A stretch of DNA of 64,000 nucleotides from Candidatus Bacteroides merdipullorum (GTDB lineage: Bacteria; Bacteroidota; Bacteroidia; Bacteroidales; Bacteroidaceae): assembly GCA_019116045.1 (NCBI GenBank), contig DXCK01000090.1, positions 11,914 through 75,913 on the forward strand. Direction: 5' to 3'. The position numbers and the translations under genes are program-made. Positions within the stretch are counted from its first letter, which is position 1, and every line of letters begins with the position of its first letter. Below, piece after piece: positions 1 to 7,993 of this stretch. The notes beneath the pieces are model-generated. The model had not been told where the DNA came from and did not search any database. It worked only from the letters and a program-made list of their open reading frames with translations.

Positions 1-652
1 GGAAGAGCAAGTTATCAACATTTTCATGGAGCTGAGTGCGTTGGGCATCGCGCAGCCTTTGTCGTCCAACATCCTGGAGTTCATCAAGGCGCTGCCTATT
101 TGTGCCAAGGAGAAAGGCATCACCTTCTCCACGCCGAGCGAGGTCATTGCCAAGCTGAAGTCTGTATCGCAACTGGACGTGCCCGACCCCATGTCGTGGC
201 TGGACGAAGAGCGCGACACGAGCTGCCTGCTGGGTAACGTGATGCAGCGTGAAGCCTTCAACAAGTTGTATAGTGTGGCCGAGCGTATCCATTTGTGCGA
301 CGATCGCCGTATCAAGCAAGACTGGGATTACTTGCAGGCCAGCAACAACTTCCGCTTCATGACTACCAAGAACAGCGGTGTGGGCTTGAACCGGGGCATC
401 TATGAGTCGCCGTACGATGCTTTCACGAATTATATGAACATCTTGGGCGACTTCATCGGCCGTGTCAATTCGCTGTATCCTGTCGATGTGGATAATGAAG
501 AGCTGAACCCGCTGCTGACCACCATCCGCAACCAGGGTATTGAGATTGAGGAACTGCGCAAGAAGCTGGAAAAGGCTGAGGCTAAGCTGAAAAAGGAAGA
601 AAAGGCGGCTGCCCCCAAGCGTAAGGCTGCGACGAAGAAGACAGAGGCGTAA
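1..652 (+). CDS. Glycoside hydrolase family 57 (alpha-amylase-like), 3' part; 5' end lies outside the window
   Basis: Frame is open from position 2 (EEQVINIFMELSALG); SWLDEERDTSCLLGN and DWDYLQASNNFRFM motifs typical of Bacteroidales GH57; near a glycogen synthase-family gene. Confidence 0.85.
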   Translation, partial: EEQVINIFMELSALGIAQPLSSNILEFIKALPICAKEKGITFSTPSEVIAKLKSVSQLDVPDPMSWLDEERDTSCLLGNVMQREAFNKLYSVAERIHLCDDRRIKQDWDYLQASNNFRFMTTKNSGVGLNRGIYESPYDAFTNYMNILGDFIGRVNSLYPVDVDNEELNPLLTTIRNQGIEIEELRKKLEKAEAKLKKEEKAAAPKRKAATKKTEA

Positions 653-675
653 GGCGTCTTTAAGGTTATAAAGAG

Positions 676-711
676 AAAGCCCCATCGGTTTCATGCCGAT
701 GGGGCTTTTTT
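676..711. terminator. Bidirectional intrinsic terminator
   Basis: AAAGCCCCATCGG-loop-CCGATGGGGCTTTTTT between convergent genes. Confidence 0.85.
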
Positions 712-731
712 ATGGTGGCATAAGCGTTTGC

Positions 732-2309
732 TTACTGTTCCGTTGCGTCGGTGGGCGAGAAGTTGGTGTAGGTCACTTCCAGCTTCAGCGGGTTCTTCAG
801 CGGCGAGTCGGCACCGCCTTCCCGTTCGGGTCCGCCGTACAGCTTGGCGTATCCTGGCTCTAAATCGTGCTGGATGTTGATGATGCGTTGTTGGGTGCTT
901 TGCGAGGTTTGGTCTCTGGTGACAACGACAGGAACCAGGTAAACCTTGTCCCATTCGTTCTCTTCCATCCATTTTTCTTCGTCCCAGGCTTCTCCGGCAG
1001 CTTCGCGGGCCTGTCGTTTTTCGTTGATGCAGTAGCTTATCAACCGGGCAATGTTGCCGAAGGTATATTCGTTGGTGCCGGATGCGTTGTGTGTGGTCAC
1101 GTAGGACGTGATGTTGTCGGGCACTTCGTTGTTTTCGAAAAATTTCTGGTAGTCTTTCTTGCGCACCAGCAGCACTTCGTTGGGGGCAGACATGCTGAAG
1201 TCGTATTTGCTCTCCTGGCGGTAGTTGGTGAAGGTCAGGCGTGCTCCGTTCAGGGTGTCGTTGGCCAACTGGTTGTAGATTTCGTCGTAGGGCAGGGTGG
1301 CTTGTGTGAAGATGCCTGCGGGCGACTTCAGGTAGGTGCAGTTGGTTTCTTGCAACTTTTGCTGTATTTTTTCTTCGGCGTTGTAGAAGCGGTTGATTTG
1401 TGTCACTTCTTTGGTGGAGGCGAAGAGGGTGTTGGTGCTGTAATAGGTCGAGTCCGTCCCGTCTTGCTTTTTGAGTTTGACTCCGGTGGTGTCGTTGACG
1501 TAGAAGAAGTGGAACTGCATCTGCAACTCTACGCCACTAGCGTAGAGGATGGTTCCGTCGCCTTGGTCTGTGGTCAGGTAGACGCCTTTGAAGATGTTGT
1601 TGATGAAGTTGTCCGAACCTTGGAAGTACTCGGGGTGTTCGCGGTAGGGCTTGAGGATTCTTTCTTCTCCAAATTCCTTGTTGGGCAGTTTGAAGGCGAC
1701 GTAGGGCGTATAGGTGGAACTTCCGTAGGAGTCGGTGGCGTTGCGCACGGAGTCGGGCACGGAGGCATCGTAGGCCGAGTAGGCTACGCGTCCCAGCAGG
1801 CCGGATTCATCATAATAGTCCGTCGGTTCGAGGTTGGTGTAACGGTTGTCGTAGTCCAGTGCCTTGTTCAGTTCGTAGGCGCTCATGCGGCAGGCGTTGA
1901 GCGAGTCGCCGAACCATTCGTTGTAGTACACCACCAGGTTGACGGCGGTTACGCTGTCGCCGCTCATGATTCCGGTTGCTTGGGTGGGGTTGCCCTGTGC
2001 GTCCCATTCGGTGACGTGGTAGACTTCGGGCAGCGAAAAGTTTTCGGTGCTGTTCAGTGCGGTGAGGAATCCGGATTCGTAGAATCCAAACTCTGCGTCG
2101 GTGTATCGGCCGATGTATCCGGTACTGGTTTTGGCAAACACGGGGCCGGCTTCGACCGATTGTGTTTCTACGTCGAACGTCATGGTGTGTGCCGACATGT
2201 AGTCAGCGTCTGGGTTCAGCATGCTCATGCCCAGTTGGCCGGTTTCTTCGTCGCAACTGAGGAGCATGGCCGCAGCCATGAGCGTCGATGCTATGTGTTT
2301 CAGTTTCAT
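732..2309 (-). CDS. DUF4270-family lipoprotein
   Basis: Lipobox LLSC; YLKSPAG motif; usual position downstream of the glycogen synthase-family gene. Confidence 0.85.
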   Translation of the reverse strand: MKLKHIASTLMAAAMLLSCDEETGQLGMSMLNPDADYMSAHTMTFDVETQSVEAGPVFAKTSTGYIGRYTDAEFGFYESGFLTALNSTENFSLPEVYHVTEWDAQGNPTQATGIMSGDSVTAVNLVVYYNEWFGDSLNACRMSAYELNKALDYDNRYTNLEPTDYYDESGLLGRVAYSAYDASVPDSVRNATDSYGSSTYTPYVAFKLPNKEFGEERILKPYREHPEYFQGSDNFINNIFKGVYLTTDQGDGTILYASGVELQMQFHFFYVNDTTGVKLKKQDGTDSTYYSTNTLFASTKEVTQINRFYNAEEKIQQKLQETNCTYLKSPAGIFTQATLPYDEIYNQLANDTLNGARLTFTNYRQESKYDFSMSAPNEVLLVRKKDYQKFFENNEVPDNITSYVTTHNASGTNEYTFGNIARLISYCINEKRQAREAAGEAWDEEKWMEENEWDKVYLVPVVVTRDQTSQSTQQRIINIQHDLEPGYAKLYGGPEREGGADSPLKNPLKLEVTYTNFSPTDATEQ

Positions 2310-2339
2310 AAGTTGTCCGTAGTATTTGGGTCGTATGTT

Positions 2340-3173
2340 TTAATCTTCTTGTTCATCGCTGTCGTTGCCTTCCAGCAGGTTGTAGAAGTTGTTACATTCG
2401 TCGGCGAAGTTGTCGGCGGCATAAGGCAGGAAGGGTTTTCCGCTTTGGCGGGCGTATTCCAGCACTTGTTCGTCCACGTGTTCGCTCTGCTGCACGATGC
2501 CGTCGGAGTAGTCGATGGCCAGTTTGTTGAGAGTGGCGAAGTCGACGGGGCTTTTTACGTTTGCCAAGTCTTTTTTATTGATTCCTTTCATCAGGACTTT
2601 GTTGACGAAGTTGGGTTCGAAGGGTTGCTTCAAGCCGTCCTCGTAGAGCGAGTACACCACTTTGCAGTCGCGGAAGGAGGGTTCTTCGTGGTATGCCTTT
2701 TTGATATAGAGGGGAGCCAGGGCGCTCATCCAGCCGTGGCAGTGTATGATGTCGGGTTGCCAGCGCAGTTTTTTTACCGTCTCCAGCACGCCGCGCGCGT
2801 AGAAGATGGCGCGTTCGTCGTTGTCTTCATATTCGTTGCCGTTTTCATCGGTCGCTTCCAGCCGGTTCATGAAGTAGTCGTCGTTGTCAATGAAATAAAC
2901 CTGCATCCGTGTAGACTGGATGGAAGCCACCTTGATGATGAGTGGGTGGTCGGTGTCGTCAATAATAAGGTTCATGCCGGAGAGGCGTATGACTTCATGC
3001 AGTTGGTTTCTGCGCTCGTTGATGTTACCCCATTTAGGCATGAATGTCCTGATTTCCCGTCCTCTTTCCTGAATGGCCGACGGCAGGTTGCGGCCCGTGA
3101 GCGACATTTCTGAATCAGGAAGGTAAGGAGCGATTTCTTGGGTTATGAATAAAACTTTGTTCACCTTTGTCAT
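2340..3173 (-). CDS. Glycogen/starch synthase catalytic-domain protein (GT5)
   Basis: KVLFITQEIAPY, MPKWG and PDIIHCHGW motifs; ATG at 3173 chosen, downstream of a TACCTTTG promoter near 3205-3212. Confidence 0.88.
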   Translation of the reverse strand: MTKVNKVLFITQEIAPYLPDSEMSLTGRNLPSAIQERGREIRTFMPKWGNINERRNQLHEVIRLSGMNLIIDDTDHPLIIKVASIQSTRMQVYFIDNDDYFMNRLEATDENGNEYEDNDERAIFYARGVLETVKKLRWQPDIIHCHGWMSALAPLYIKKAYHEEPSFRDCKVVYSLYEDGLKQPFEPNFVNKVLMKGINKKDLANVKSPVDFATLNKLAIDYSDGIVQQSEHVDEQVLEYARQSGKPFLPYAADNFADECNNFYNLLEGNDSDEQED

Positions 3174-3548
3174 AGTCACAGTCTTCTCTTCTTCGTTTAT
3201 GTGTGCAAAGGTACGAAAAAAAATGCTCAATCGGGTGCTTAACATTCTCCTATTATTCCTTATGTTTTGTTAAGAAGTTGTATTTCAGTGTGCTGTGGCG
3301 TCCCTCCGGCTTTTCTGCCTGCGCGTTTCTGTGCATAAATTTGCGTGTTTTCTTCGTTATGTGGCAAATAATGACTTATTTTGCACCCGATTTTCCGGCC
3401 CGGCCTTTTCGCGTTGCTTGGTGCGCGTCGGAGGCGTGTTTCCGGTGCGTCAGAAGCGCGCTCCGTGTGCGTCGGAAGCATTTCCCTTTGGCTGGGATGC
3501 CGGACAGACGAAGAATGGTTGATTTATTTTACATAACTTTTCTGTGCA

Positions 3549-4388
3549 ATGAAAGTAATTCATACAGTCGCAGCCTTGCAGGCCGAGTTGTCGGCTTTGC
3601 GGGCCGAAGGTAAGAGTGTGGGCCTGGTGCCCACGATGGGTGCCTTGCATGCCGGTCATGCCTCGTTGGTGGACCGCAGTGTGCGCGAGAATGACGTGAC
3701 GGTGGTCAGCGTATTCGTCAATCCCACCCAGTTCAATGACAAGAACGATTTGCTGAAGTATCCGCGTACGCTGGAGGCTGACTGCCGCCTGCTCGAGCAG
3801 CACGGTGCCGCCATCGCCTTTGCCCCGTCGGTGGAAGAGGTTTATCCTGAGCCGGATACGCGCCAGTTCAGCTACGCGCCGCTTGACACGGTGATGGAGG
3901 GCAAATACCGTCCCGGCCATTTCAACGGCGTGTGCCAGGTGGTGAGCAAACTCTTCGACATGGTGAAGCCCGACCGTGCCTATTTTGGCGAAAAGGACTT
4001 CCAGCAGTTGGCCATCGTCCGCGAGATGGTGCGCCAGATGCACTTCCCCCTCCAGATTGTGGGCTGTCCAATAGTTCGCGAAGCCGACGGCTTGGCCTTG
4101 AGCAGCCGCAACAAGCGTCTGACGCCCGAACAGCGTACCGAGGCCCTGCAAATCTCGCAGACGCTCTTCGCCAGTGTGGATTATGCCAAGACGCACACGG
4201 TGCAGGAGACGCGGCAGTTTGTGGAGGACCGCATCGCCCAGGCTCCCGGCCTGACGCTGGAGTATTTTGAACTGGTGGATGGCAACACGCTGCAAAGCAT
4301 TGCCGACTGGAAGGATACGACGTATCCCGTGGGCTGCATCACCGTGTTCTGCGGAGAAGTCCGTCTGATTGACAACATAAAATATTGA
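3549..4388 (+). CDS. panC: Pantoate--beta-alanine ligase
   Basis: [43 protein letters not shown]. Confidence 0.97.
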   Translation: MKVIHTVAALQAELSALRAEGKSVGLVPTMGALHAGHASLVDRSVRENDVTVVSVFVNPTQFNDKNDLLKYPRTLEADCRLLEQHGAAIAFAPSVEEVYPEPDTRQFSYAPLDTVMEGKYRPGHFNGVCQVVSKLFDMVKPDRAYFGEKDFQQLAIVREMVRQMHFPLQIVGCPIVREADGLALSSRNKRLTPEQRTEALQISQTLFASVDYAKTHTVQETRQFVEDRIAQAPGLTLEYFELVDGNTLQSIADWKDTTYPVGCITVFCGEVRLIDNIKY

Positions 4389-4391
4389 ACT

Positions 4392-4471
4392 GAGTGGACG
4401 AGTTGACAAGTTGACGAGGCTTCAGGTCATGAGGCTCTTGTAGTCTCGTTAACTTGTTCCCCTTGTCAACT
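4392..4471. repeat. Inverted octamer microsatellite hairpin, (RAGTTGAC)n...(GTCAACTY)n
   Basis: gagtggac-gagttgac-aagttgac-gag, then ctc-gttaactt-gttcccctt-gtcaact, between panC and panD. Confidence 0.7.
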
Positions 4472-4487
4472 GCTAAAATAAAAGAAG

Positions 4488-4838
4488 ATGTTTATTGAAG
4501 TTCTGAAATCGAAAATCCACTGCGCCCGCGTCACCGAGGCCAACCTCAACTACATGGGCAGCATCACCATCGACGAAGACCTGCTGGACGCGGCCAATAT
4601 GATTGCCGGCGAGAAGGTGGCCATTGTGGACAACAACAACGGCGAGCGCTTCGAAACCTACATCATCAAGGGCGAACGCGGCTCGGGTTGTATCTGCCTG
4701 AACGGTGCCGCCGCCCGCAAGGTACAGCCGGATGACATCGTCATCATCATGTCCTACGCCCTGATGGACTTCGAGGAGGCCAAGACGTTCAAGCCGACGG
4801 TCATCTTTCCCGACCCGGCGACGAACAAGCTGGTGTAA
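4488..4838 (+). CDS. panD: Aspartate 1-decarboxylase
   Basis: [28 protein letters not shown]. Confidence 0.97.
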   Translation: MFIEVLKSKIHCARVTEANLNYMGSITIDEDLLDAANMIAGEKVAIVDNNNGERFETYIIKGERGSGCICLNGAAARKVQPDDIVIIMSYALMDFEEAKTFKPTVIFPDPATNKLV

Positions 4839-4857
4839 ACGTATTGTTATGTGAAAA

Positions 4858-4910
4858 GCGGCATAGACGTTTCCTGGTTTGACGGGGAGTGTCTGTGCCG
4901 TCGTTATTTT
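4858..4910 (+). terminator. Probable terminator after panD
   Basis: CGGCATAGAC...GTCTGTGCCG hairpin followed by a T-rich tract. Confidence 0.55.
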
Positions 4911-4934
4911 ATATATCTTCTTAAGTAGAAATCT

Positions 4935-5579
4935 ATGGCATTATATCAGATTTTGGCTGACTTTAAGCGGCCGTCTTCCGAGAAAGAACTGACGGAAAGC
5001 TTTTCCTGTTTGGCTCCCCATTTTATTTACGGCGGTTACATAAATGTCCGCGATGTATATCGGGTGTATATCCGTACTGTTGAGTTCTACTTTCACGATG
5101 AGAAGGAATACGCGAATCCTATTAAAGATTTCATCGTGTATCATCGTAATCGCCCGGAAAAAGGCATCGTTTTGCCCTATTTCCCACTGATGACATTGCA
5201 TGCTCATGTTTCCGGTTTTGACATTACGTTTGAGAACGAGGAACAAGGTTATCGGGCCTCTGCCTTGATACGCGAATATTCCGTGTTTGATGTAAATAAC
5301 AATCGCTTTTTGGAGTTAAAGAAAAACAAGCGTGATGACCGTTCTACTTATTTATATGATTATATCAACGGTTTCTCGCTTGTTGGTGATAGCGGTGTTC
5401 GTTGGGTAGACGAAGAGCGTTTCCCACGTAAGGACTTGCTGCAAGGTCGGCGTTGCCGGGTGTGTGCATACCGGGAGACTGGTAATCCTCAAGAACCCTA
5501 TGAGAAGATTGACAGGATATCAGACGATCGACCGTGGAGTTTCAAATTGAATGATGATATATGGTTACCGACCGATTGA
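4935..5579 (+). CDS. Hypothetical protein with motifs resembling the AAG/MPG (methylpurine DNA glycosylase) fold
   Basis: 214 aa AT-rich ORF; IRTVEFY / D..YH / TLHAH / SGFDIT / GYRASALIR / RPWSF match by eye, in order, the AAG motifs IVETEAY / D..H / TLYVY / NI / GA.VLLR / P.RF. Confidence 0.55.
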   Translation: MALYQILADFKRPSSEKELTESFSCLAPHFIYGGYINVRDVYRVYIRTVEFYFHDEKEYANPIKDFIVYHRNRPEKGIVLPYFPLMTLHAHVSGFDITFENEEQGYRASALIREYSVFDVNNNRFLELKKNKRDDRSTYLYDYINGFSLVGDSGVRWVDEERFPRKDLLQGRRCRVCAYRETGNPQEPYEKIDRISDDRPWSFKLNDDIWLPTD

Positions 5580-6388
5580 CTAATCAGGTCTATTTTTCGG
5601 AATGGATCCGACAAGACTTTCCTGCTACTTTTGCCAATGTGTGCCGGCTGTTGGAGAAGCACAGAGTGAAGTATGGTTTGTTGCCGCATACGCGGGACTA
5701 TTGGTGTCGTGATTATATGCCGGTACAAGTGACTGATAAGAAATTTGTTCGCTATACTTATTATCCGGATTATCTGAGGAGCAGAAGGAATCGTTCGTTT
5801 ATTACCAATCCTGACAGGACCTTGGATGAGTTGGGCATTGAGCCGGTGCAGTCAGCACTCGTTATTGATGGGGGGAATGTGGTTAAGTGCTCTCAGAATG
5901 TCATCATGACAGAGAAGGTTTTTTGGGAAAACCAGCAATTGTCTCCTCAGACCGTAGTTGCTGAACTAGAAAGGTTGTTTGAGTGCGAAATAGTGTTCTT
6001 GCCTTGGGACCGCTCAGAACCTTATGGACATGCAGACGGTATCGTGAGGTGGGTGGCCGATGATGTTGTTTTGTTGACTGCATACGAACAGTCCCGTCAT
6101 TTTACTCGTAAGTTTCGTGAGGCGTTGGAGCGTCATTTCAATGTCATTCCATTGGTCTATACTACCCGTCCGCGTAGTAGAAATCTGACTTGGGCTTATA
6201 TAAACTTTCTTCAAACTCAAGATGTGATTATTATTCCTGCGTTTGGCATCAAAGAGGATGTGCAGGCCATAAGACAGTTTGAAGAAGTCTTTTCTGATTA
6301 TCGAGGGCGGATAGAACAGGTCGATGTCTCGGATATAGTTGGCTATGGGGGTGCTTTGAATTGTATTTCATGGAATATAAAAGTATAA
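5561..6388 (+). CDS. Agmatine/peptidyl-arginine deiminase family protein, short form
   Basis: WCRD, DGGN, GHADG, YINF and GGALNCIS pentein motifs; overlaps the upstream ORF by 19 nt. Confidence 0.88.
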   Translation: MVTDRLTNQVYFSEWIRQDFPATFANVCRLLEKHRVKYGLLPHTRDYWCRDYMPVQVTDKKFVRYTYYPDYLRSRRNRSFITNPDRTLDELGIEPVQSALVIDGGNVVKCSQNVIMTEKVFWENQQLSPQTVVAELERLFECEIVFLPWDRSEPYGHADGIVRWVADDVVLLTAYEQSRHFTRKFREALERHFNVIPLVYTTRPRSRNLTWAYINFLQTQDVIIIPAFGIKEDVQAIRQFEEVFSDYRGRIEQVDVSDIVGYGGALNCISWNIKV

Positions 6389-6524
6389 AGAGAGCTTCGC
6401 CTGCAACACTCGATAAAAGCAAGTAGGTAAGACCTCTTGTTATCACTTGCTTTATTTGCGCAATCTACGTTTGTTTGTGGTACTAAAAAAAATTCTCTTT
6501 TCCGAGACTGAGCAGTTCTCCACA

Positions 6525-7124
6525 TCAGGGCACAAACCAATAATCCCCTCCGTCGGGACCTTCCTGCAACTGCGCTCCGCGCGGAACCTGCCGCCAGGCA
6601 CAGAGTGCGTTCATATAGTCGGGAGCAGGCCCCACGGCACTCATGATGGCGCATCCCCAGCACAACGAAGCCAGAGCCTTGGCATCGGCCGGGCAAAGCA
6701 GGAAGACCGTCCAAGGAAGGATACAGAGCAGCATCGGCAGCAGACACATTACGAAATACCTTCCACGGCCGATGGGTGCTCCGCAATCCATATAGAAAAG
6801 AAACCGTTTGTAAAGCACGCCGATGTGCGCCGTGGCCATCTTGGGATAGACACAAGCGTGCAAGTATTCGTGCAAGGGTCCCAGTAGCAGAGCCAATGCC
6901 ATACCCGCCACTATCCACGGCTTGTCCCGCATGTCTGTTTGAAGGAAACTGTTCTTTAGATACAGTGAAGCCAATACGGGCAGATAGACGGGCGCAGCCA
7001 GCAAGATGGCTTTCAGCCAGTAGTGCCGCCGGGGGACAATCAGAGGCCGGGCGTCGGGCGGCAACGGTCGGCGTGGGGCACGAATGACGTGCTCGGTAAA
7101 ACCTTTCCAGATAATCTTTGCCAT
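6525..7124 (-). CDS. DUF3267 / putative membrane zincin metalloprotease
   Basis: HEYLH motif within hydrophobic segments; C-terminal Asp in GPAPDYMN. Confidence 0.7.
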   Translation of the reverse strand: MAKIIWKGFTEHVIRAPRRPLPPDARPLIVPRRHYWLKAILLAAPVYLPVLASLYLKNSFLQTDMRDKPWIVAGMALALLLGPLHEYLHACVYPKMATAHIGVLYKRFLFYMDCGAPIGRGRYFVMCLLPMLLCILPWTVFLLCPADAKALASLCWGCAIMSAVGPAPDYMNALCAWRQVPRGAQLQEGPDGGDYWFVP

Positions 7125-7201
7125 GGCATATCTTTTCTATAAGTCAAAATAGTACGCACTTGGTATGGGCATTGTCCTTCCTTGAGGGGAAGAAGGCGGG
7201 T

Positions 7202-7783
7202 TTATAGCCTGTTGCTTACGGCTTGCCAGTTGATGATGTCCCAAAGGCGCTTCACATGGTCGGCGCGGCGGTTGCGGTAGTCGATGTAGTAGGCATGTTC
7301 CCATACGTCTATGCAGAGCAAGGGGGTGTCGCCCCGGCGCAACGGATTGCCTGCATTACTTTCTTGGGTAATTTGCAGGGTTCCCTCCTTGCTTAGTGAC
7401 AGCCATGCCCATCCCGAGCCGAAGAGGCCGATGGCGGCTTTTTCCATTTGTTCTTTTAGGTTGTCCAGGCTGCCGAAATCGCGGTAGATAAGTTCGGCAA
7501 GCCGGCCTTCCGGTGCTTGTGCCTGATGGGGCGTGGTGAATTGCAGAAAATAGAGCGTGTGGTTGAGCACTTGTCCGGCGTTGTTAAAGATGGCGCCATC
7601 GGGAGCAGTGGCCACGATGTCTTCCACTTCCTTTTGTTCATAGGCTGTGCCTGCGGTCAGGTTTGTCAGGTTTGTCACATAGGTTTGCAGGTGTTTGCCG
7701 TAATGATAAGTCAGGGCTTCGGCACTGATGACCGGTTCCAGTCCGTTGTTCGGATAGGGCAGTTTGGGCATTTCGTTCTTCAT
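7202..7783 (-). CDS. sodB: Fe/Mn superoxide dismutase
   Basis: HYGKH, NNAGQVLNH, FGSGWAWL, DVWEHAYY. Confidence 0.93.
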   Translation of the reverse strand: MKNEMPKLPYPNNGLEPVISAEALTYHYGKHLQTYVTNLTNLTAGTAYEQKEVEDIVATAPDGAIFNNAGQVLNHTLYFLQFTTPHQAQAPEGRLAELIYRDFGSLDNLKEQMEKAAIGLFGSGWAWLSLSKEGTLQITQESNAGNPLRRGDTPLLCIDVWEHAYYIDYRNRRADHVKRLWDIINWQAVSNRL

Positions 7784-7920
7784 GACATAAAAGTTTTTAA
7801 AAGATTATAGTGTTTTGTGCCTTGGGTTTATGGAAACCATGGCTTTGCAAAGGTAGTACAATTTTTGGGGAGAAGGAATGGAATGTAGCTATTTATAAGT
7901 GTCTAAAAATAGGTATAAGG

Positions 7921-7962
7921 AAAAAAGGCTTACGCTTTCTGTGGAGAAACGCGTAAGCCTTT
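7921..7962 (-). terminator. Intrinsic terminator of gltA/nfnAB
   Basis: AAAAAAGGCTTACGC...GCGTAAGCCTTT. Confidence 0.8.
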
Positions 7963-7993
7963 ATCGTGTTGTCATTCAGTTTGCCAATCAGTT

